Origin: the human T2T-CHM13v2.0 reference genome, Homo sapiens
Direction: 5' to 3' (one strand)
NCBI RefSeq assembly: GCF_009914755.1
Contig: NC_060935.1
DNA: 64,000 nucleotides
Shown: positions 51,966 through 64,000 of the stretch, piece by piece
Position numbering within the stretch: the stretch's first letter is position 1
How the letters are laid out: every line of letters begins with the position of its first letter
Notes under the pieces: generated by a model
The model's input: only the letters and a program-made list of their open reading frames with translations
Database searches by the model: none
Told to the model about the DNA's origin: nothing
Translations under genes and position numbers: made by a program

Positions 51966-53308
51966 GCCAAGAGGTGGCTAACCTGTTTTTCCTCCTCCCT
52001 TCTGACATGACAGTGTGGGGAGCTCCTCAGACCCATTCCTCAGTGAAATGCGTAAATGTTATTTAAAAAAAAATTTTTTTTTAATCCAACCATTTAAAGT
52101 CTCTAGAAATCGTCTTAAGGGTATACAGCAAATGAAGAAACATCTATTCAAAAAAATCTACTAAAGCTCGGTGAGGACAAGGAGAGTCTGTAATGTCTGA
52201 AACAGAGCCCTCTTCCTCCTTTCCCCTCACAGCTTGGCAAGACAGAAACTCTACCCCCCAATTAGAGCCAAGATCACAGGGCTCTAGCAAGAGGGGCAGC
52301 ATGCAGGCATTTCTCCCCTTTCTCACAGCCACCTGTAGCTGAGGCTAAGTTCTGGGCAAGTGTGGCTGAGAGGTGGAGCCTCCCTTCTTCAGCCCCAGTC
52401 CCACTTGGGGGATGGAGGCTCCACCTTGGGCATGGTGCTGCTGAGAACACTAGGGTCCTGACAGCTTTTGCCCCAGATCCTGGGGTGGGGGTTCCATGCC
52501 AGGAGAGACAAGCCAAGAAACCTGGGCTGCTGCCTCTTGCTCCACTGAACACTCAGCTCCTAAATCAGGAGGTCTTGTAGTGAGAATGATCCATTGTCCC
52601 TTCCGCCAGCACTGGAGCCTGACTCCAACACTGACTGGGCAAAGAAGCAGGCCATAAAACAGAGCTCCAAATCTTTACCCAAAGGAACTGACTTCATTGC
52701 AACAAAGTATGTAAAAGTCCAAACTGAACGGTGCTCTCCAGAATAGTGGTGGTTGTGATGAAAGGCAGATTGAAAGAGTCACTGGTGATAAAGGCTAAAC
52801 TGTAGATTTCCTAGTATGCTGGAAAGAAACAGAAACAGCTGGGAAGAGCCTTTTTGGGGTCAGAACAAACTCAAACGCTGCCCTTGAAAACTATGTCCAC
52901 AAAGGAGTATAAATTTGATTGGATCGGTTTGTGAAACAATTTATGCCCCAGACTTTGAAAACAATAGCACAATCAGTCTGCAAGTAATGGAGCTTAAGAG
53001 GTGGGTGTGGTCAGGGGAAAAGACAGCCAAAGAAAGCTCTACCAAAACCAGTGCCATCCTTATTGTGGGCATACTCAAGGCTATTCCCCCTGAGTGGCAG
53101 CATCAGAGGCTTCACACTGGTAGGGGGTGGGAGGGAGGAGAGGGGCAAGACTTGTATCTAGAATATATAAAATACCTCCTACAGGCCCAACAACAAAAAG
53201 ACAACCCAATTAAAGTCTTTTAAGGCAAAAGACTTAAATAGACATTTTTCCAAAGAAGAGAAATAAATGGTCAATATGTACATAAAAGACGTCCAACATC
53301 CTTAGTCA

Positions 53309-53799
53309 TGTTAAATAAGGCATTGTTTTGGGCTAAGCTACTGCACTAGGCATAGTGCAGTAATGGAGTCACTCACACTAAAGTTCCATACCATCAAACT
53401 GAAACTGAGTTATCTGGCATTCCTAGAAATCAGGAGAGGGAGATGGCTGAATTTCTCAAGCAGGCCACTTTTAATCAGCATGATAACAAAGTTCCCTCGA
53501 CCTTTAATCCTTCCAACAAAATGTAACCTGAAGTGACCTAATGTTAACCAATCAGTTACTTTCTATTGTTCTGTTTCACTGTTCCCACCTTGCGCCTTAC
53601 AAGGAAAGTAACTTTAAAGTGACCAATACACTTCTTGTTCTTTGTTTATATTTCCTTCAGTCATTTTCTGTCTATAAAACCTCAGGTCAGCTCATCAGAA
53701 TACATTCTATTTTACAGAATGAAGCGTTAGCCCATTCTAGAATTGTTAAATGAAGAAATTTAAATTTTAAAAAATTTGTTGTAATTTTGTCTTTTGATA
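53309..53799 (+). mobile_element. ERV1 solo LTR (MER39/MER34-like)
   Basis: tgttaaata...aatggagtcactc...tttgttgtaattttgtcttttgata; 4-bp TSD GTCA at 53305-53308 and 53800-53803. Confidence 0.82.
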
Positions 53800-54461
53800 G
53801 TCATTAGGAAAATGCAAATCAAAGCCACAATAATATGCCACTTTACACCCATTAGTATGATTATAATCAAAGAAACTGAAAATAACAAATGTAGGCTAGG
53901 ATGCAGGGAAAGGAGAAGCCTCAAAATGCCGCGGCCACTCCGAAAAATAGCTTGGCAGTTTTTAAAAATGTTGAACTTAAGGTTTACAACATGACCCAGA
54001 AATTCTACCCAAGAGAAATTAAATCATAAATTCATCCACACAAAAACTTTTCAAAAATGTTCATAGCAGCATTTTTCATAGTGAAACAGGTTAAAGGTTA
54101 TGTAGAAACAATACGAATGTCCATCAAGTGATAAATCAATAAACAAAACATGATACATCCACAAAAGGGACCAGCTTGATATAAAAAGGAATGAAGTACT
54201 GATACATACTACAATACTTTATAAGTGAAAGAAGCCAAACACAAAAGACCATACATTGTACGATTCCATTTATATGAAAAGTTTCAGAAGAGGCAAATCC
54301 ACAGAAAGCAGATTTGTGGTTACCTAGAGCTAAGGGTGGGAATGGCAAGGGGCTGCTACTGGGTACAGTTTATTTTTGGGGTGATAAAAATGTCCTCAAA
54401 TTAGACCGTGGTGATTGGCTGTACAACCCTGAGAACATACTGAAAACCATGCAACTTTATA

Positions 54462-54775
54462 CAGTTGTGCGTAGCCTGAGGCAGACACATTCTGAGAAAT
54501 GCATCACTAGGTAATTTCACTGTTGTGCGAACATCACGGAGTCTATTTACGCAGACGGGGTATAGCCTACTACCCCCAGGCTACAAACCTGTATAACATG
54601 TTACTGATACTACTGAATACTTTGGCAATTGTAACACAATGGTAAGCGTGTGTGTATGTAAACATATCTAAATATGGAATTGGTACAGTAAAAATACAGT
54701 ATTATAATCTTATGGGATCACCATGGTATATGTGATGTGTCACTGACTGCAATGTTGCTATGCGGCACATGACTA
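54462..54775. mobile_element. Short Tigger3 (Tigger3a/c-like) MITE
   Basis: TA|cagttgtgcgtagc...ttctgagaaatgcatc...tatgcggcacatgacta. Confidence 0.82.
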
Positions 54776-54841
54776 CACTTTCATATTTTATGGTATGTGA
54801 GATATGTTCCAATAAAATAGTTTTTTAAAAACCCTGCTCCA

Positions 54842-55201
<360 letters not shown>

Positions 55202-55748
55202 TTATTTCCTATGATTCACCAATACGAACCTTCTCATGTATCTCTCCACCCAGAGTCTAATAAAAACCCCTACATTCATTTTATATTTTAGGTTTGGGGA
55301 TACATGTGAAGGTCTGTTACATAAACACGTGTCATGGGAGTTTGTTGTACATACTACATAACCCAGGTATTAAGCTCAGTACCCAACAGTTATCTTTTCC
55401 GCTCTTCTCCCTCCTCCCATCCTCCCCCCTCAGGAAGACACCAGTGTCTGTTGTTTCTTTCTTTGTGTTCATAAGTTCTTATCATTTAGCTCCCACTTAC
55501 AAGTGAGAACATGCGGTATTTAGTTTTCTGTTCCTGCATTAGTTTGCTAAGGATGATGGCCTCCAGTTCCATCCACGTTCCCCCAAGACATGATCTCATT
55601 CCTTTTTATGGCTGCATAATATTCTACGGTGTATGTGTACCATATTTTCTTTATCCAGTCTGTCACTGATGGGCACTTAGGTTGACTCCGTATCTTTGCT
55701 ATTGTGAACAGTGAGGCAATGAACATTCACGTGCATGTGTCTTTATGG

Positions 55749-56209
55749 TGTGAAAGGAAAATGCATCTTGGGCCCCAAAATCACTAAGCTAAAGGGAAAA
55801 GTCAAGCCGGGAACTGCTTGGGCAAACTTCCTCTCATTCTATTCAAAGTCATCCCTCTGCTCACTGAGATAAATGCATATTTGATTGCCTCCTTTGGTGA
55901 GGCTAATCAGAAACTCAGTAAGAATGCAACCACTAGTCTCTTATCTACCTATGACCTGGAAGCCCCCTCCCCACTTCGAGTTCTCCCATCTTTCTGGATC
56001 GAACCAATGTTCATCTTACGTATATGGATTGATGTCTCATGTCTCCCTAAAATGTATAAAACCAAGCTGCACTTGGACCACCTTGGGCACATGTCATCAG
56101 GGCCTCCTGAGGCTGTGTCACAGGCACGCATCCTCAACTTTGGGAAAATCAACTTCCTAAATTGACTGAGACTTGTCAATTTTGGAGTTCACAATATTTG
56201 GGCTTCACA
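55749..56209 (+). mobile_element. MER4A-type ERV1 solo LTR inside the L1PA
   Basis: tgtgaaaggaaaat...ccccaaaatcactaagctaaagggaaaagtcaagc...ttcaca; TSD atgg/atga. Confidence 0.85.
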
Positions 56210-56562
56210 ATGATAAAATGCTTTATATTCCTCCGGGTATATACCCAGTAATGGGACTGCCAGGTCAAATGGTAGTTCTGCTTTTAGCTCTTTCAGAAAT
56301 CACCATACTGCTTTCCACAATGGTTGAGCTAATTTATACTCCCTCCAACAGCATATAAGGGTTTCCCTTTTCTCTGTAACCTGGCCAGCACTGTTATTTT
56401 TTTATTTTTTAATTATCGCCACTGACTGCTGTGAGATGGTATCTCATTGTGGTTTTGGTTTGCATTTCTCTAATGATCAGTGATATTGAGCTTTTTTTCA
56501 TATGCTTGTTGGCCTCAAGCATGTCTTCTAACAAGTGTCTGTTCATGTCCTTTGCACCCCCC

Positions 56563-56860
<298 letters not shown>

Positions 56861-57773
56861 CATTTGCCCACTTTTTAATGGGGTTGTTTTTCTCTTCTAA
56901 GTAAGTTCCTTATAGATCCTGGATATTAGACCTTTATCAGATGCATAATTTGCAAATATTTTCTTCCATTCTGTAGGCTGTTTATTCTGCTGACAGTTTC
57001 TTTTGCTATGCAGAAGCTCTTAAGTTTAATTAGATCCAATTTGTCAATTTTTGCTTTTGTTGTAATTGCTTTTGATGTCTGTCATGAAATCTCTGCCAGG
57101 ATGGTATTGCCTAGGTTGTCTTCCAGGGTTTTTACAGTTTTGGGTTTTACATTTAAGCCTCTTTAATCCATCTTGAGTTGATTTTTGTACATGATGTAAG
57201 GAAGAGGTCCAGCTTCAATCGTCTGCATACGGCTAGCCAGTTGTCCCAGCACCATTTATTAAATAGGGAGTCTTTTCCTCATTGCTTGTTTTTGTCAGCT
57301 TTGGGGAGGATCAGATTGTCATAGATGTGCGGCCTTATTTCTGGACTCTTTATTTTGTTCCATTGGTCTATGTGCCTGTTTTTGTACCAGTACCACACTG
57401 TTTTGGGAGTGGAGCCTTGTAGTATAGTTGGGTAACGTGATTCTTCCAGCTTTGTTCTTTTTGCTTAGGATTGCCTTGGCTATCTGGGCTCTTGGCTATC
57501 TGGGCTATCTTGGCTATCTGGGCTCTGTTCCATATAAATGTTAAAATAATTTTTTCTAGTTCTGTGAGGAATGTTGTTGATAGTTTGATATGAACAACAT
57601 TGAATCTGTAATTTGCTTTGGGTAGTATACCCATTTTAATGATATTGATTCTTCCTACCCATGAGCATGGGATATTTTTCCATTTGTTTGTATCTTCTCT
57701 GATTTCTTTGAGCAGTGTTTTATAATTCTCATGTAGAGCTCTTTCACCTCCCTGGTTAGCTGTATTCCTAGGC

Positions 57774-57781
57774 GTGTGTGC

Positions 57782-57821
<40 letters not shown>
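57774..57821. repeat. (TG)n microsatellite
   Basis: gtgtgtgcgtgcgtgtgtg... Confidence 0.95.
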
Positions 57822-57822
<1 letters not shown>

Positions 57823-59710
57823 AACTGTGAATGGGACTGACTTTCTGCTTTGGCTCTCAGTTTGGTTGTTGTTGGTGTATAGGAATGTTAGTGATTTTTC
57901 TATACTGATTTGGTATCCTGCAACTTTGCTCAAGTTATTTATCAGCTGAAGGAGCTTTTGGGCTGAGGCTATGGCATTCTCTAGATATAGAATCATGTTG
58001 TCTGCAAACAGACATAGTTTGACTTCCTCTCTTCCTATTTAGATGTCCTTTATTTATCTTGCCTGACTGCTGTGGCTAGGACTTCCAATACTATGTTGAA
58101 GAGAAGTGGTGAGGGCATCCTATAGTCTTCTGCTGGTTTCCAAGGGGAATGCTTCCAGCTTTTGCCCATTTGGTATAATGTTGGCTGTGGGTTTGTCATA
58201 GATGGCTCTTATTATTTACAGGTATGTTCCTTCAATATCTAGTTTATTGAGAGTTTTTAACATGAGATGTTGAATTATATCAAAAGCCTTTACTGCATTA
58301 GTTCTATTTATGTGATGAATCACTGTGATTGATTTTTGTATGCTGAAGCAACCTTGCATCCCAGCAATGAAGCCTACTTCATGGTGGATTAAATTTCTGA
58401 TGTGCTGCTGGATTCAGTTTGCAAGTATTTTGTTGAGGATTTCTGCATCAATGTTCATCAAGGTTACTAGCCTGATATTTTCTTTTTTTGTTGTGTCTCT
58501 CCCAGGTTTTGGTATCAAGATGATGCTGGCCTCACAGAATGAGTTGAGGAGAAGTTCCCCCTCCATAATTTTTTGGAAGTTACTGTTGGAATGGCACCAG
58601 CTCTTCATTGTACATCTGGTAGAACTCAGCTATGAATCCATCAGGTCCTGGGCTTTTTTGGTTGGTAGACTATTTATTATTTATTCAGTTTTAGAGTTTT
58701 GTTATTGGTCTGTTCAGAGAATCAATGTTTTCCTGGCTCAGTCTTCAGAGGGTGTATGTTTCCAGCAATTTAGAGGTGTTCGTAGTAGTTTCTGATGGTT
58801 GTTTACTACTCTGGAGTCAGTAGTAACATTCCCTTTGTCATTTCCAGTTGTGTTTATTTGATCTTCTCTCTTCCTAATTAGTCTAGCTGGTGGCCTATCA
58901 TCAATTTTTTCAAAAAACTAACTCCTGGATTTGCTGATATTTTGAATGTTTTTTTGTGTCTCAGCTTCCTTCAGTTCAGCTCTGATTTTTGTTATTTCTC
59001 ATCTTTTGCTAGCTTTGGGGTTGATCTGTTCTTGCTTCTCTAATTATTTCCGTTGTGAAGTTAGGTTGTTAATCTGAGAACTTTCTAACTTTTTGATGTG
59101 GGCGTTTAGTGCTATGATTTTCCCTCTGAACACTGCCTTACTTGTGTCCCAGAGATTCTGGTACGTTGCATCTTTGTTCTCATTATTTTCAAAAAACTTT
59201 TTGATGTCTGTCTTAAATTCATTATTTACCCAAAGGTTATTCAGGAGCATGTTGTTTAGTTTCCCTGTAATCATATGATTTTGAATGCTTTTGTGTTGAC
59301 TTCTATTTTATTGTGCTGTGGTCTGAGAGTGTGTTTGGTATGCTTTCAGTTCTTTTACATTTGTTGAAGATTGTTTTATATCCAATTATGTGGTTGGTTT
59401 TAGAGTAGGTGCCACGTGAAGACAAGAAGAATGTATATTGTCTATGCCTCATTTTAATTATCTGATTCTTCTTACATTATTGCTCTTACCTGGAATATTC
59501 TCCCTAAGGTACAGTCAGGTCACATATTCATTTTGAAGGTTTTTCTGACCAAGTCAGTACTCACTGACCTACCTCATTTTCCTCTAGATTCCATACCACT
59601 TATAACTGGTAACACTATATCCTCAAATGTATACATAAAGCAATTCCACCTTATTTCCCATCAACTTCTAGTTATACTGAAAACCATGGAACTGTATACA
59701 GTTGTGCATC

Positions 59711-60019
59711 GCCACCAAGCCAAAACTAAGATCTTCACGTTACCTTCTGAGAAGTCAGAAGAGGAGTAACAGCCACATCACCAAAGAGAACAATTTTAGC
59801 CAGCATAAGGAAGTCCCCTTTGCTTTAACCTTTACAAGAAAAATAACTTTGTAAAGATCAATTGCTTTTTGATTTTTGTTTCTGCTTTCCTCAGCCTTTT
59901 TCCATCTATAAAACTAGCCTCTTCTATTTTATAGAAGGAAGTGTTGCCTGATTCTTGAATGGCAAATGAAAGTCAATTAAGATCTTTAAACTAAATTTGT
60001 AGTAATTTTGTCTTTGACA
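59711..60019 (+). mobile_element. ERV1 LTR (MER39/MER34-like), 5'-truncated
   Basis: Same 3' terminus family as the 53309 LTR: aattaagatctttaaactaaatttgtagtaattttgtctttgaca. Confidence 0.78.
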
Positions 60020-61066
60020 GCCACAACCTACAATTCTTGCCTTAATCTCTTTTATCTCCTCAAAGACAAACTAATTCTTCCAAATTATAAAGACCAAACC
60101 TAATTTTGGGAACTCAGCCAGGGCCTTAGGACAAAGAGGAAAACGTGTACAAACAAGGAATTTTGTAGGATAAGTAACATCAACAGTGAATGAAAAGCAT
60201 GCTCCTTCCCTTATCAACTCCTGCCAACTTACCGGCTTGACAGGATAGAACCTCAACTACATCTTTACAGCATAGCATCTTGAACACAGATGGCACCAAA
60301 TGTCCGTTAATAACGAACAAATGCCTTGAAGGAAACTTCTTACAATGTATTCAGTAGTCCCCAAACCTTAACAAATATCAAAGTAGGAAATGGAGATGAG
60401 GGAAAGGAAGAGTAAAATGATAGAGCATGCATTCACTTCTCAACAGAATATTAGAAGTGCATGTTCTTACTGTGTTTTTTCAAGGTGACCTCTTAAAGCT
60501 GCCCTCTTATCTTTAAATGCAGTACTTAATGACACTTCATTTCTGTCAGAGAAAAAATGTGCACCATTACGAGAAGCAAGAATTTAAATATGAAAGCCCA
60601 CCTCCTCCTAAAAGGGGTACCAAAATTCAAATTCTTATGCTTCTACAGGCAGCCAGGAGGAATTCAACACAATGAATCTTGGAAGTGAAGTATGTGAGGT
60701 GGGATAAGAAGGAGCTCTGCTTTCAAAGGATAGAGGGTTGGCAGGGACAGAAGACAAGTCTTTGTAGTCGAACTTCTGAAAGCAACAAAGACAGTAGGTC
60801 GACACAGCATAAAAGCCAGATAGCACAGATCAGCTGAAACCTGAGCTAGATCCTGACTGTAGGAGCCTAGGATCAATGAATTCAAGAGTTTCTCTTTCTG
60901 ATATTCTGCATGGGCAAATTCAATCCCACAAATTCCTTTCCCTGGCTCTGAAATAATATGAACATAGTACACTTCTCATTTGTTTAGCTTCAGAAATACA
61001 TTTTTTTCCTCTTCCTATTTATTCACACTTATCTGATAATTTGTCTTAGGTTATTTAGAGGTCAAG

Positions 61067-61145
61067 ATATATATATAAAATATGTATATATATCATATAT
61101 ATCTTATATTATATATATATATATCTCTTATATTTTATATATATA
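61067..61145. repeat. Imperfect (TA)n repeat
   Basis: atatatatataaaatatgtatata... Confidence 0.9.
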
Positions 61146-62313
61146 CAATCACTCAGAGCTGCTTATGGGATTTCCCTGGTAGCAATGCAGTTATCTCCAA
61201 ATGTATCTTTATTTATGCACATTAAAAACTTTTTTACTTGTTTCATTTGGGTCTCTTTAACAATTCCTTTTTATTTGTAAAGACTCCTTTAAATTATACC
61301 TTTTTTTCCCAGCCATTTATTGAATATTCAGTGGTTTAGACTAAGGGATTTAGAAATGTATTTACAGTAATTCTTGGCTTCACTATGCAGAAAATTAAAG
61401 TGCAAAGAGAAAATAAACACCTAGAAGAGAATGTTTTCCAGAATTTACATATGGTTATTTTGTCACCTGCTGCCTTCTTTGAACTCATATACACAGATGC
61501 TAATACCCCCACTCTAAATGTTCAACAAGGCATTTTTATTCTGCTTTTTTGCAGAATGCTGATCAACGTCAAGAATTCTTCCAGTCATGTATAATGAAGA
61601 CGGCATTTGATTATCATTCTGAATGACTTCAACCTATCAGGACAACTTCTCCCAGAGACTACTTTGTTCAATAATATAAAGCACCACCACCATTATTAAG
61701 AGTCAAAAAGCACTGAACCGGAGAAAGCAGTTACATACAAATTTTGTCATTTGATAGAATCAACCAAATATATAAACAAGAATCCTGACATCTTAAAGAT
61801 AAAGAAATCAGTAAACAAATAAAAGAAGTACCAAAGTACCACTCATGATCATACCATTCTCTCTGTCCATTATTATACAACCGGCTAATGATTTTAAATA
61901 GCTATCAAACTGGTAAATGCAAGGCTTTCGACTGCCTCCAATAAGAAAAACTGATAACTTAAAAAATATCTGCAGTAAGGGCAGGCTGACAATGCCTGGC
62001 ATATACTAGGAACTCAAAAAATGATTGCTAGACAAATTTAAGAGCCTTCATGGGATGAACAAAATATAAATCAGTTCTTATGAAAAAATGTATTTTTTAA
62101 AGACTTTGAAAAAGAAAATGATATTCACATGTATACTCTTCTATTTTTATTTATATTTTAAAATATGACTTACGTCCACAAATATTAACTGTGGATTGAA
62201 TCTGCATAAGAGAGAGCTTAAAATCCTCACTTGCCTCTTCAAATTTCTCTAGTTCAGCAATTCAGAGTAACTTAAGAAAAGTAAATAGAGTGCTAAATTA
62301 AAAATTCACTCTT

Positions 62314-62636
<323 letters not shown>

Positions 62637-62793
62637 TCACAGCATAAGACTGCTGGTACTACAGGAAATGAGACTGGTTTGAATTGTCTATGTAAGTTTT
62701 TCAAGGATTTTTATTGACAATTTCAGGTGCTGCTCATAGTCTTCTGTCCACAAAACTATTATTAAATTTCAAACCCTCAAATGAAAAATATTA

Positions 62794-62952
<159 letters not shown>

Positions 62953-63109
62953 TCAACAATTCCAAGAACACACATCCTCTTATAGTATTAAAATGGCACA
63001 CTAAGCAGATGCTGTATCAAATCCCTCCCTAATCCCCTAAATATTAAGACTACTGAAAATCAGTTGAGTGTTTTAACTACCCACAGGGGCACAAATAATT
63101 TTAATTCAG

Positions 63110-63250
63110 GAACACACTTAGACATTAACTAGTCCAACATCTTCATTTCAAAGATAAGGAAGTTAAGGCCCAGACAGATTTAGTGACTTTCCACAAGTTA
63201 CACAATTAGTCAGTGGCTGAGCCAGGACTAGAACCTAGGTCTTCATGCTC
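63110..63250 (-). mobile_element. MIR
   Basis: catttcaaagataaggaagttaaggcccaga...gagccaggactagaacctagg. Confidence 0.78.
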
Positions 63251-64000
63251 TCTCTTTAGTACTATATTCTCTTCCCATTTCTCTAACATTTTGGTGGTGA
63301 TTTAACAAACACATACGCACACTATAGGCTAATGCATAATGATGCTGCCCACGTTGCTAGAGGAATACAAAGCGATCAGTATAAACTTATCTTGAAATAT
63401 GACCTCAATTGTAATGAACCACCAAAAAAGGAGAAAAAGTAGACAAATAGAGACTGAATAAACAAACAGCAAAAAAAGGCAGAAATGATCTTTAGGAGGT
63501 CTCTGTCATTAAACTGATGGCACAATGGACTCCACATGGCACAGGCAGTGTACTTCCTTTGCCTGAAGGAATATTCTGAGCAGCAGCAAATCCATCCATT
63601 ACCGAGGTCCCCAAATGGAGCTCTTCCGAACAAAAGTCTGAGACTATTTCCATTAGTGAACCACAAAAGCTGTTGCTAGTCAGCAACTTCAAGGTTATGC
63701 TTCTTTCATTTTGACTATGGATGTAAGCAAAAGGTTACACACAATGTAGATGTTTGCAGGGTGGGACTGCAGGTAACGAAAAGTGAATTTATAATAGAAA
63801 TGTAGGATAGTACATGCTTAATGCAAAATTTTGGTCTTGGAATCAATACAATAAATTCTTACATACATATCTCTGCCAAGTTTGGTGGAGTGTAGATTGT
63901 CTCTATGCATTACTAGGGACCTCCCGAATATGATCCTTCTCAAATTCAAGTATTCTGGCTATAATACAAAGTATTCAGTCAACAACTTGCCTTATGATGT

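Larger units (their letters stand above)
51995..54828 (+). mobile_element. Ancient L1M: about 1.15-kb 5'UTR fused directly to ORF2-end/3'UTR; LTR and Tigger3 nested
   Basis: cttctgacatgacagtgtggggagctcc...ccatttaaagtctctagaaat is 5'UTR-like; switches at about 53149 to gacttgtatctagaatatataaa; ends caataaaa. Confidence 0.72.

Noticed and set aside
57368-59278. L1 ORF2 peptides and a 156-aa plus-strand ORF
   Set aside because: Fragmented ORF2 of a dead 5'-truncated L1; the plus ORF is its antisense reading.
63376-63692. Two overlapping minus-strand ORFs (96 and 66 aa) in unique DNA, one containing PSGK and a 12-nt match (CCTTCAGGCAAA) to the start of the 95-nt exon
   Set aside because: Non-ATG starts, no AsnRS or other recognisable similarity beyond 12 nt, and many 12-mer coincidences are expected in 64 kb. 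It could still be a non-coding element, but I cannot support that.

Overview
AT-rich, repeat-dense primate genomic DNA, almost certainly human (about 45 Alu-derived elements, including one with all five AluYa5 diagnostic bases). The whole window lies inside NARS2 (mitochondrial asparaginyl-tRNA synthetase), transcribed on the minus strand. Only two coding exons are present, and neither appears in the ORF track: 62833-62913 (81 nt, [27 protein letters not shown]) and 32119-32213 (95 nt, [32 protein letters not shown]). A 30,619-nt phase-0 intron separates them, and the next intron runs off the left edge. From my recollection of the reference, these are exons 5 and 6. The rest is intronic: Alu, L1, L2, MIR, MaLR/ERV1 LTRs, and Tigger, Charlie and piggyBac (Looper) fossils, often nested. 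I see no new protein-coding system. The most interesting signals are: (1) an ERV1 LTR with CCAAT, TATA, primer binding site and splice donor that could drive a spliced transcript antisense to NARS2; (2) a perfect palindromic steroid-receptor element; (3) a 40-bp locus-specific transposon junction copied 5.2 kb away; (4) a reconstructable, heavily nested Looper element; (5) three ancient L1s that keep their 5' ends but lost their middles; (6) cryptic splice sites. Repeat subfamily names come from memory of consensus sequences, and repeat boundaries are approximate unless a target-site duplication (TSD) is quoted.
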